NCBI GenBank assembly: GCA_951406725.2
Contig: OX597815.1
Span: 111,600,001 to 111,664,000, forward strand
Length of the DNA stretch: 64,000 nt
Direction of reading: 5' to 3'
From: Octopus vulgaris
Lineage: Eukaryota
The translations under genes were made by a program, and so were the position numbers. Position 1 is the stretch's first letter; the number at the start of each line of letters is the position of its first letter. The notes below the pieces were generated by a model. The model was not told the DNA's origin. It saw only the letters and a program-made list of their open reading frames with translations, and did not search any database. Below are positions 44,017-55,231 of this stretch, piece by piece.

Positions 44017-44939
44017 TTACAGTGAACTCTCCCCCGATCTCTTCTCATAAATATTTTAGATATTTTAGTATTTGTGCATACTGCTGTAAGTAGGTAACCC
44101 CACGGATACACGTATATACACCCATATACGCTTACACACACACATACAAACGCACACGTACATGCACATCAGAAACACGCACGCACATACATACACACAC
44201 ACACACACACAAATGAACCCACACATACATCCCATACACACGGCACACAATTATACATACACGCACACAATTATACATACATGTATACTCACATACGCAC
44301 GTACAAGCACACACGCACACATATACTAAGTAAAGCACAGTTATTCGCCACACACCCAAACTCTACGCATTCACACACGAACACACACATACATACACAC
44401 ACTACAAACAAAACGCACACACGATACATATACATACACGCACACACACATACTTCAAACTAGCAGTACTGACCTGTGGTAGAGACAAAAGGCGCCACTC
44501 CTTCTACCTCCTTCCTTCTTCCTCGACCTTCACGCTACTAGCCCTACAACACGCATCGTTTCACGCATCGTTTCACAGCCACAACCACACACACATACAC
44601 ACATACACACACACGCACACACACACGTGTCATCATTGCACACATGCACATACACACACACGCACACACAGACCTCCACGCACGCACATATCCACACTTA
44701 CACACACATTCTTCCTCCTCTACCATTCTCCTGTCTTTGACAGAACCACCGTCCTGTCTTTGAAAACACCTTTCTTCACCCATTTCCTTCCGGTCTTTCA
44801 AAATGTGACCTCGTGTGTACCGTTGGCGATTTTCTTCCTCTGTCTTCGCTTCTCTGGCACCAGAATTTGGTATGGTATAATCAATATAATTCAAAATGGG
44901 GTGATTATAATCAAAATAAGCAACAATGATGTCCAGAGG

Positions 44940-45033
44940 TAATGCAGTACGATCGTTTCATGCGACTCCATTTAATTGAACAATGCAAGCATTACATCAG
45001 TTTTAAAATGTAGAGCAATCTTCAGCTGCATTA
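44940..45033 (-). ncRNA. Type I hammerhead with extended loop II
   Basis: Minus strand: taatgcag CTGAAGA t tgc-(~50 nt)-gca t GAAA cgatcg TA ctgcatta; 8-bp stem I and palindromic stem III ACGATCGT. Confidence 0.72.
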
Positions 45034-45525
45034 GAATATTAGAATATATAAATTAGCTAAATTTAAAAGATTCATTTTTATAGTTATTCCATTAACCAAA
45101 ATCACAAAGAGGGTAAGTAGGTAGACAAAGAGCAATTTTCATCAGCAATATGATAGTAGTAACTGATATTTTTTCCATGAAGACACTGCTTATCATTAAT
45201 TTTACTTTGTTATTTACATTTACTACTGGGGGAAGGGGTTTAAGTTAATGACTAGTTTATCAGGTCTAGTGGAAAACAAGGAACTATTTTTTATGGATAT
45301 AGAAAAAGACAGTTTAAGTGGCAGAGCCATAAATTAAGATCTCTTTTGAAGTAGAAACCATTTGGGTCCAGTAGAATATATTTCAGCCAAAATTAGCAAA
45401 AGCTGACACGGTAGGGAGAGTAGAAACTTATAATACTCAACTATTAATCCCAATGATGCATATGTATATGTTTCTGTCGGTATACAAGCACACACGCATG
45501 TTTGTGCGCATATATATGTATGAAC

Positions 45526-45591
<66 letters not shown>

Positions 45592-45731
45592 ACTTGTGTT
45601 TCTTCGGGTGTGTACATATATGAATATACGTAGCCGTGATCCTATCTGTTTATATATATATATATATATATACGTATGGATGATCGCACGTATGCCTATG
45701 TTTGCATATGTATATGTATAAATGTGTATGT

Positions 45732-45937
45732 ACGCTGATGAAAGGTAAACACATTGAAACTCGGGTCCGTGTGTATCATGAGTTGAAGACGGGGAGGATG
45801 ACTCCCCTTCACAAATACTGAGAGGACACAGATAGTGTGTCTATAGCCAGCTGGAGGAGATATCTTCCTGGGGCTACAAACTACAGTAGCATCCACCCTT
45901 AGGGGTTAGCCATATTCAAATGGCAAATATGCGTCAC
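45732..45937 (+). repeat. 206-bp direct repeat, left copy, beginning with a hammerhead (45732-45773)
   Basis: Near-identical to 50985-51190 (two substitutions seen); acg CTGATGA aaggt-aaac-acatt GAAA ctcggg TC cgt. Confidence 0.93.
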
Positions 45938-46304
45938 GATGTGTTACCGCTACTGTTTATAACTCGCTCTGAGATTTATCATTGTTTGATTTCACTTTTT
46001 CAATATCAGTGTCAATCGACAATGGAAAAAGTATATGTATTTGTGAAGGGAGCTGACTTCTCGTCGACAACCCTGATTATTCGTCTAGGGATCCCTCTTT
46101 CATCTGCGTTTTGAGAATTTTGCTGCCTTTTTGTTGAGTGAGTTCGTATTTTTTGTTCGTCGTTGTTTGTGTTACTCGTGAATTGAACAGTTGTCCGTTG
46201 TGTAACAGTAATTTTCGCCCTACGGGGCTGAAAATTCTGTGTTTAAACATTGTCATTACCTTCGAGGTAATTTTTTTAAAACATTTGTTCTCATAATTTG
46301 AGAA

Positions 46305-47605
46305 ATGGAGTTCGACTTGGCGTCGAGGAGTGACTTTCCCGTGATGGGAAGGTAAAAACGGAAGGCAATGAAATTAAACTGGTACCGCCGCAAGCGAAGG
46401 TACAGTTGTATACAAAATTTATAGCAACAAAGAAAAAAAAAATGGATGTCAAGAACGAGATGGTTGAAAAGTGCTTGTCCCCGGTGTGGGACAAAATTCG
46501 CCACATTGTTCGAGGTGCTCGCAGCGCTACCGTTGAAGCACATTTCGACTCGGCTGATGTGGCAAGAGAGGTGTCATCAATGACCTTGAAAAGTGAGGAT
46601 ATCATGTTGCTACCTTCGTATATGGGGAAAAGAACAGCCAAACTACATGTAGAGGATATACCAAGAGGGTATGATATAATGTGGGTAGCAGCGGTAGTCC
46701 TGCACAACGTAGAGCGGGAAGTTTCAATTCTGCAGATGAGAAGGAAAGAGGAGGTGTACTGGAAAGGACAAACGCTAGAACTCCTCGTTCAAGCAGAAAA
46801 TAAGATACTAGAAAACTTACCCGATAGGGTATTTAATGAGGAGGGAACTTCAATGAGAGTGTCAGTGGAGGGGCGCAGACCTGGGTGCTTCAAATGTGGC
46901 GAAAAGGGTCACGTCCGCTCAAACTGCATAAAAAAAAAGAAAATCAACGAAGCCCCTCCTCAAAGTGCTTCAAACTTATCAAGAAAAGGTGGAAATAGAA
47001 CCCAAGACTGCGACAAGGAAAGGAACCGAAACAGAAGATGAAAATAAACAGATGGAATATACACAGGTGACACACAAAAGAAAAAAAGATAACACCCTGG
47101 ACTCCTCTCCCCAAACAAAGAAAAAATCAGCAAACACCGCAGAGATACATACAAAACAAATTCCCCAGCCCTACCCCCACGGCACTGTATTCATTGGAAC
47201 ACAGTTCGCCAAGCCCCTCCCCATAAAACAAGATTTGAAAAAATTGATAAAAAAAATGAAAAGATTATAGCATTTGACGAGAAGAACGATAGGGTGTACA
47301 AGTATTTCAAATTTTCAAAATTTAAACTATTCAGTAAGTCTACAGACACAAAATCAACCACTCGCTTTGCAAAAATAAAGCAAGACGAGTGGAAGGAAAA
47401 AACACCACAAGAACATTTAAAGAATAATCTCATTAGAGATGTAACGAATGAAATACTGGAGGGTAAACTCATTATAACCCCGGCAACCACACCTACCCAG
47501 AGCCCGATGGCAACGCCGGTTAAGAGCCCTGCAGCTACGACCACAAGGGAGGAAGAAGGGGAAGCAGGCAGATTTAAACTGTCATGCTCCCTGTCCCAAC
47601 CGTAA
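46305..47605 (+). pseudogene. Tx1 ORF1 (gag-like, CCHC zinc knuckle), frameshifted
   Basis: CFKCGEKGHVRSNC in 46406..47041; continues in other frames at 46965..47270 and 47294..47605. Confidence 0.82.
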
Positions 47606-47632
47606 GTTTATTTATTTTTTCTCTCTCCGACA

Positions 47633-50600
47633 ATGGCAAAGCTGGGTTGTGTGAATGTGCGTGGAATGGGGTCGAAATGGAAACAAATTTGTTTCCTGAA
47701 CGACCTCACGATACACGGAGTGGACGTAGCTATTGTAACCGAGTCCAAGATGAACGGGGCCCAAGCGTTCTCGCCTCTTCTAAATGGTTTCGAGAAATTT
47801 ATATCTCCTAGCCGAGGAAGAGGAAGGGGCGTGGCAGTCCTTATCAGGAAGAGCTTGGACTTGCAGGTAAGTACTGTCTTTCTGGACCCAGAAGGCAGGC
47901 TGGTCGTTCTGGATGTGACCCACGTAAGTAAACAGTCCTTCAGGTTGGTAGCTGTCTACGCTCCGAATGAGTGTAGGCAGGCGGGTTTTTTTCGGAATCT
48001 GGAGCACTTTTTAGCGACGTCGAAAACGGTAGTCTTAGTAGGGGACTTTAACACTGTCCTTGAAGCGCGGGTCGACAGTGTTGGCTCAACCAATAGGAAG
48101 GGGAACCCTAGCCTCAAGGGTCTACTAGAGAGCTTTGATCTAGTGGAGCGTTATCGACTGGATGAGCCGAGCGTTCCACAGTGGACGTGGAGTAACAACG
48201 ACGGCTCACACAGATCGTATATAGATAGGATATTCGTTAGGAAAAGAGATAAGGATACGTTTAGTTATCCACAGTTTCACATTGTGCCTTACACGGATCA
48301 CAAATTTGTGACTTGTAGGGTGCAATTAGATAAGTGCCATAGACAGGGACCCGGGTACTGGAAGCTGAACAAGTCTATTTTGAATTGTGAAGACTTCCGT
48401 ACCCGGATTAAGGTGTTAGTACAGAGGGCATTGTGTGGCACCATCATTAACAATAGATGGTGGCACTCCCTCAAAAGAGCCATTCGTTCAGAGTCCATTA
48501 GATTTAGCAATCAGCTAAGGTTAGATAGGTCTAGGATAGAGGACGATTTAGTTAAGAATCTAAACGAGGCAATGGAAGCTGGCTCTGCATCCGGAGTGAT
48601 GGCGGCAAGGACGGTATTGTACCGTCACCTTAACTCCAAACACGAAGGTTGCAGAGTTAGAGCTAAGCTACGCGCTGGGAAACGAGAAGGTATTAACGTT
48701 GCCGGATGGGCCCGTCAAGCGGAGAGTCAGAGAGGTAACAAAGCTTCAATCAAGTCTTTAACTGACGAACAGGGACAAAAGATCTATGGACAAGAGGAGA
48801 TGCAAAAGTTTCTTCACCAGCATTTCGCCCGCGCGTTCGGGGGTGGTGTGGCGCCGGAGCGGGGGAGGGCCTTAAAGGACTTCCTAGCCGGCGGACCGCG
48901 GCTCTCGGGGAGTGAGGTGGAGTGCTGTCAAGGAGCGATCACTCCCGTGGAGATAGAGAGGGTACTGGCCGGATGCGCCGGGGAGAAGTCGCCGGAGTTG
49001 GATGGTCTGCCCTACGAGTTTTACCAAAGTATGCCGGACTTGTTCAGGGGAATATTGGCAGGCGTCTACGCGAACTGGCAGCAGAATGGGAGAATTCCCA
49101 GTTCTGTAAGCCGGGGTGTGGTGACGCTAATCCAGAAAGACCCGAGCAAGGGGGATAACATTAGTAATTACAGGCCCATAACTCTACTTAACGTAGAGTT
49201 AAAGATTTTGGCCAAGGTGTTGGCAAAAAGGTTGACGATTGTCGTGGAGAAACTTGTAGGGAAAGCACAGACATGTGCAATTCCAGGCAGGTCGATCCAG
49301 GACAATCTTCACCTTATACGCTACACCTTAGATAGGTTGGGTAAATTAACCGGCAAGGGCGGGGTAATGGTCCATTTAGACCAAAGTAAAGCGTTCGATA
49401 GGGTAGACCATAAGTACCTGGCGACGGTCCTCGAAGCGGCTGGACTGGGCCCTGAATTTCGCAGGTGGATCTCCGCTATGTATAGCGGCATCAAGTCCAC
49501 CGTCCAGATAAACGGTTACCTAACGGAACCGTTTTCGATCGAATGCTCTCGAGCCATTGCTGCGAAAGTTGGAGAGGCTTGGAAGTAACCCGGATGAGAT
49601 CGGAGGTGGGAGGACGGTTACTGCTTATGCGGATGACGTCACCCTCATCGTGTCCAATGGAAGGAAGGGCGGAGGTGGCACAGATGTTCATTGCATCTGT
49701 AATCACTTACCGCCTGACCGCTGTCCCTTGCCCCGATTCATGGCTTAGCAAGTTGGAGCGAATCCTTTTCCGCTTTTTGTGGAAGGGAGGAAAGCCACTT
49801 GTGAGGCGCTCCGTTTGCTGCCAGGAACCGTTAAAGGGTGGGTTAAGAATGCCTTGGTTGATGATGCGCAGGCATGCGTTGAGACTGAAGTATCTCTGGC
49901 ACCACCTGGAGGGTGATAAGGTGTGGAGGCCGCTGGCAGGGGAATTTTTCTCGAGACCGGCTTCCTTAGTGAATTTTAAACCCGGTCACATCAAAAGACG
50001 GAATCTGACTTTATGGCAAAAGGAGTGCCGACAGGCACTCACGCTGATCCACAAGGCGGGCAAGGCCGGCTGCGGAAATACCACCTCGGTATTTTATAGC
50101 AGGCTGGTAGAGGCAAAGAACGACGACGTCCTAGGAGGGGCTCTGGGGTTTGACGAAGACCAGCTTACCAACCTGTTTAAAAAAACTTTCAGGACGGGGT
50201 ATTTGGATAATTTCCAAAGATCCCTGGCCTGGCAGTGTTATAGGAATGCTTTACCTGTTCGCGAGAAGTTATCGCGGCACGGAATTTCAGTGCCACCGAC
50301 GTGTCCAAGATGCGGGTTGGACGATGAAACCGTCCAGCACGCTTTTGTACACTGTCGGAAGTTGTCAGACTTGATAAGTTACGCAGAACACGTGTTATCG
50401 CATCTGGGACGAGTACAGCTGTCGGCTGAGTCTATGATTAAGATGATACCGCCAACTGGACTCTCGAAGGAAGGTGAGGCATGTTTTCACTGCACGGTTG
50501 CAGTAGTAAAATAATGCATGTGGCGTACAAGAATGGAAGGAGTCGCAATAGGATCCTTTGTCTCAGGCCCCAGCTTACTCACTTACTTCAGATACCATCT

Positions 50601-50703
50601 GAAGAGCAAAATGGGGCTGGAAAAGAAGATCTTACCACGAGGTGTGTATGAAAAAAGATGGAAGGAAGTGGCAAAAAAGGTGGGTGTCAGAAACCCAGCT
50701 TAA
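47633..50703 (+). pseudogene. Tx1 ORF2: APE endonuclease + RT + C-terminal Zn finger, disrupted
   Basis: NVRG, VTE, VYAPN, GDFN, SYIDRI, TDH, GPGYWKLN, YRPITLLN, DQSKAFDRVDH; AYADD out of frame (49557..49748); CPRC..ETVQHAFVHC; internal deletions and a stop at 50514. Confidence 0.93.
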
Positions 50704-50981
50704 CTATGGATGGAGGAGAGGAAAGAAAAGCTGCGGGGTCTTATAGGTTGCCGGGGTTTAAAATATATCGGTAAGATCGCAAGTTAATGTAATGTTGTAA
50801 TGTTCTATTAGTCAATGCAAAGGACAATTTAAATACAAATTTTGTATAATGAATAATCCAAATATTATGGAAAATTTTTAATCGAACCACTTAACTGTTT
50901 TTTGTATGTATGTCTTGTATTGTCCTGCTATGTAATGATTTTATAATCGTAATAAAGAAATTCGTCGACGACCCTGATTGT

Positions 50982-51026
50982 CACACGCTGATGAAAGGTA
51001 AACACCTTGAAACTCGGGTCCGTGTG
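50982..51026 (+). ncRNA. Canonical type I hammerhead ribozyme, predicted cleavage after C51020
   Basis: cacacg CTGATGA aaggt-aaac-acctt GAAA ctcggg TC cgtgtg: intact core, 6-bp stem I, 5-bp stem II, quasi-palindromic stem III. Confidence 0.88.
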
Positions 51027-51186
51027 TATCATGAGTTGAAGACGGGGAGGATGACTCCCCTTCACAAATACTGAGAGGTCACAGATAGTGTGTCTATAGC
51101 CAGCTGGAGGAGATATCTTCCTGGGGCTACAAACTACAGTAGCATCCACCCTTAGGGGTTAGCCATATTCAAATGGCAAATATGCG

Positions 51187-51190
<4 letters not shown>
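50985..51190 (+). repeat. 206-bp direct repeat, right copy
   Basis: Matches 45732-45937; followed by (TA)n. Confidence 0.93.
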
Positions 51191-51229
<39 letters not shown>

Positions 51230-51329
51230 GTGTGTATGTATTTGGATTTATATGTAGATATATGTAGATATATATGCCCGTATATGTGTGTATATCTATA
51301 TGTACCTATGCGTGCGTAACTATATGAGT

Positions 51330-54050
51330 ATACTAGGAAGGACATAAGACTTATAGAATTCTTCGCTAACAAAAGTAATGAGATTGATGAATCCCTAGTA
51401 AGGAATAAATCAAATTTCACCCCATCAAAAGGAAGAAATAACTACCTTGACCAATACATTGATATCCTATCTAAATTTCCCCTTAGACGCAATACCAATG
51501 TTAGGCCAAACATTAACAAATCAGGGATGTCTGCATGTAAACGTATACAAAACGATCAAACAATAATAATTAAACAAGCAGATAAAGGTGGTGCAATTGT
51601 TATTATGGATACCGAATACTATAAGGATTTGGTTGAGGACCAACTGAAGGACACAACCTTCTATTGTGAAATACCCTCAATTATAGACCACCACATCATG
51701 AAAAAGATCAACAACCTGATTTCAAAACACTACAACTCACTTACCGATAATGAAAGAGACTACATCACCAATTTCGAACCAAAACCCAGTAACTTCTACG
51801 GCTTACCGAAAATACATAAATCAAAAGATATTCAACATGCAGTAAAAGAACAAGAAAGTGAGTACATAAAATTACTATATCCAAAAGACCTAAAACTTAG
51901 ACCTATTATAGCTGGTCCAGCATGCCCTACCCACCGTCTAAGCAATTTCATTGACAATTTTTTGAAAACACTATGTACTTACCCAGTTTCATCAGGGATG
52001 ACATCGACTTCCTGTCCCACCTTCCCAAAACAACAGAAACAAATTCCGTTTTACTAAGTTTTGATGTGGTAAGCCTCTACACCAATATTCCACACGATTT
52101 AGGAATAAAGGCGATTAAAATACTGGTTAGAAAAACATAGAGAAGTGATTCCCAGCAGATTCACAGTGCCATTTATATTAGACACAGTCAAACTTATTCT
52201 AGAAAACAACACATTCTTCTTCAATGGAAAGAATTACATCCAAATTAGAGGCACGGCGATGGGGACGAGGTTTGCTCCCGTTTACGCCAACTCTGTAATG
52301 GGATACTTAGAACAACAACTCTACCAAGAGGTGGAGGTAAACTATGGCACTGGATTTAGAAAGTATATTGAAAAGGCATGGAAGGGATACCTTGACGACT
52401 GCTTCATAATCTGGACAGAATCTCTAAATACTCTGGAAGAGTTCAATATCCTCCTGAACAACCTACACCCATCTCTCCAATTTACAAAGGAGATGAGTAG
52501 TACCAAATTACCATTCCTAGATATAATGGTAATTAAAAAGGACACCACCATCACCACAGACATATACTATAAACACACAGACACACATCATAACCTGAAT
52601 TTTAAGTCGTGCCATCCACCACATACAAAACGCAACATCCCATACTGCCTAGCCAGAAGAATTTGTACCATTGTAGAAGATGCAAATATCAGGAACAAAC
52701 GCCTAACAGAACTAAGAGAATATTTGCTCAAACAAAAATACCCATCTCTACATATAGAAAATGGCATACAGCGGGCTATAAAAATACCCATACAACAACT
52801 TAGGACAACCCAAAGAAGAGGAAAACAAGATCAAGTCATACCATTCATAGTGACACACAACTCATGTCACCAGAATATCTTCAGCATTGCCAAAGCAAAC
52901 CTACCAATCATTGCTCAAAGTAATGAATTAAAAGATATAATCACAGATCGAGCTATGGTTCTTAGTAAAAGACAGCCTAAAAACTTGAAAAAATTACTAA
53001 CAAAGGCAAAATTTGACCTTAGCAACAAAGACCAAACATTCACTGTATCTAAATGCAATGATAGCCGATGTGGCACATGCCAATTCATACATACCGGCCA
53101 ATATATAAACACAAAAACCGGGAAAATATTCACAAACGCGAATATGAACTGCAAAAGCAGAAATTTAATTTACTGCATTAAATGCAAAATTGTGAAGAAA
53201 TATATGTAGGTCAGTCGGGAAATATATTATATTTCCATTCTACAAATTACACAGCCCAAGTGAAATCAAAGGAAATTACACAGCCCAAGTGAAATCAAGA
53301 GGAAAATCAAAGTAAAAAGTATTTTATTGATAAATTCGAACCCAAGCTAAATAAGCAATAATAATAATACTTAGAGATACTACTTCTACTGCTACGACCA
53401 TGACCACTAACAACAACAACAATACTAAAGGTGATCAAGATGAAGATTGCAGGAAAATTATCTTATTTAGGGTTAAAAGTTCTATTGCCATCACCATCAC
53501 CACTAGCAACAATAATTAAGGTGCTGACAATGATGATGATGACAATTGAAATATAAAAATCCCTGACAAAGGCTATTTACAACATTTCTAAAAATAGCCC
53601 AACAATTGCTGCCTCGGCCAGGGTTAAGATACAGGACTCTTGACATGTTCAACAAAGCGTGACGCCTAAAACATTCAGCTTAAGTAATTGAGTGATGCTA
53701 CACACTGATTGGTCAGAATACAGTATGCAAAACCTAGCAATCTGGAGCCTACATAGGTGTATTTAAGGCACATATTTAACCATCTCGCTACAGTCAAAAA
53801 TTGTGAAGCATGACTGTCACCACCACTACATGAACCTGAAGATTGCATAATTTAATGCATGAAAGTACTAGTTCAAACAGAGTGAACATTTAACAGTCTA
53901 TTATTTTATTTTATTTTATTATATTATATTATATTATATTATATTATATTATATTATATTATATCATTATAAGATTGTAAATAAAACGTGAAAATCAGAC
54001 AAGGTTGGAATTCCTTTTATTAATATATTCTTCTATACACAATCACACAC
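51330..54050 (+). mobile_element. Penelope-like element (Neptune type), frameshifted, with 3' UTR
   Basis: ADKGGAIV, FYGLPKIHK, RPIIAG (51527..52057); GTAMGT, YLDD, LPFLDI, KCNDSRCGTC, NLIYCIKC (52145..53209); GIY-YIG domain internally deleted. Confidence 0.94.
53831..53875 (+). ncRNA. Minimal type I hammerhead in the Penelope 3' UTR/pLTR
   Basis: tgaac CTGAAGA t tgcat-aattta-atgca t GAAA gtac TA gttca. Confidence 0.85.
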
Positions 54051-54508
54051 ACCAGTATATATATCTATACATATATGTATGCATATTATGTACGTGTGCA
54101 TTTTTTGTGTGTACGTATACACGTGCGTGCATCTACATGTATATGTGTGTGTATGTATTTGTGTATGCGGGATGCGCTTGAATCTGAGATACTGATTTTG
54201 CAGAGGCAATATTTATTTATATATCATGTAAGGAATCACAACTAGATTTCAGTATGCAGGGAAACGGTTGCATAACCAAAAACTTGTGAACCTGGAGAAC
54301 TACGTTGCTTGGAAACAATTGTAGTGATCACAAATAAATGTCCAACTATACTTGTACTTACTCAATTATCCATCACACACTTCAGTAATCCCAACACAAA
54401 TCTGGCAGTACGTATAATGCTACGGTTGGAGAGCACCGAGAGAAATCTAAAGGTGGACGAGCTTTATACAGTACTCTACTACGTTCTTAACAGAATATAC
54501 CCTACCTA

Positions 54509-54712
54509 AGGCGGCGAGCTGGCAGAAAATTTAGCTCGCGGGGCGAAATGCTTAGCGGTATGTCGTCTGTCTATTCGTTCTTAGTTCAAAATCCGCCGAG
54601 GTCGACTTTGCCTCTCATCCTTTCGGGGTCGATAAATTAAGTACCAGCTGCGTACTGGTGTCGATCTAATCGACTGGCCCCTTCCCCCAAAATTTGTGCC
54701 TAGAGTAAATAA
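54509..54712 (+). mobile_element. SINE family A, complete copy
   Basis: aggcggcgagctggcagaa...gtcgactttgcc...ggggtcgataaattaagtaccag. Confidence 0.88.
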
Positions 54713-54717
54713 GTATA

Positions 54718-54793
<76 letters not shown>

Positions 54794-54798
<5 letters not shown>

Positions 54799-55007
54799 TA
54801 TATGTTACATTACTCGGTAGTCAAGATAAAACTCTGAGTTTCAGATGCCGAAGTGGAAATCCACAACACCATCTCTTCGGTTATCTGGCTATTTGAAAAC
54901 GTTTTCAAATAGCCAGATAACCGAAGAGATGGTGTTGTGGATTTCCACTTCGGCATCTGAAACTCAGAGTTTTATCTTGACTACCGAGTAATGTAACATA
55001 TAGTATA
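54794..55007. repeat. Perfect 214-bp palindrome centred at 54900/54901, with an HHR-like motif in each arm
   Basis: 107-bp arms, no spacer. Plus arm: agataa CCGAAGA gatg-...-catc t GAAA ctcagag TT ttatct (54915-54977). Confidence 0.92.
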
Positions 55008-55187
55008 GATAAATTTCTCTATTTACATAATATTGAGGTCTCTTTCTTTCTTTTGTTATCTTACCGTTTTATCAATATATATATATATATATATATATAA
55101 TATAATTCGAGACAAACCACTATTTTAAAACCAAACAAGGAAAGACTTAATCAATACATACAATTTTAATATAAATTAAATAAACCG

Positions 55188-55231
55188 CCACTACAATTGT
55201 TTCATGTCTGCTACCGACAATCTTCAGGTGG
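55188..55231 (-). ncRNA. Minimal type I hammerhead (mirror copy of 57145-57188)
   Basis: Exact reverse complement of 57145-57188. Confidence 0.85.

Larger units (their letters stand above)
46079..50961 (+). mobile_element. Tx1/L1-group non-LTR retrotransposon, 5'-complete, with 18-bp TSD
   Basis: TSD tcgtcgac(a/g)accctgatt at 46061-46078 and 50962-50979; 5' UTR, ORF1, ORF2, and AATAAA at 50951. Confidence 0.9.

Noticed and set aside
45696-45896. Duplicated 66-73 aa minus-strand ORF (also 50928..51149)
   Set aside because: Antisense by-product of the duplicated structured RNA; no protein motif.
45732-51190. Reading the 206-bp direct repeats as true LTRs of an LTR retrotransposon
   Set aside because: No TG..CA termini, PBS, protease or integrase were seen. 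The enzyme is APE-RT, and an internal 18-bp TSD delimits the LINE separately from the repeats.
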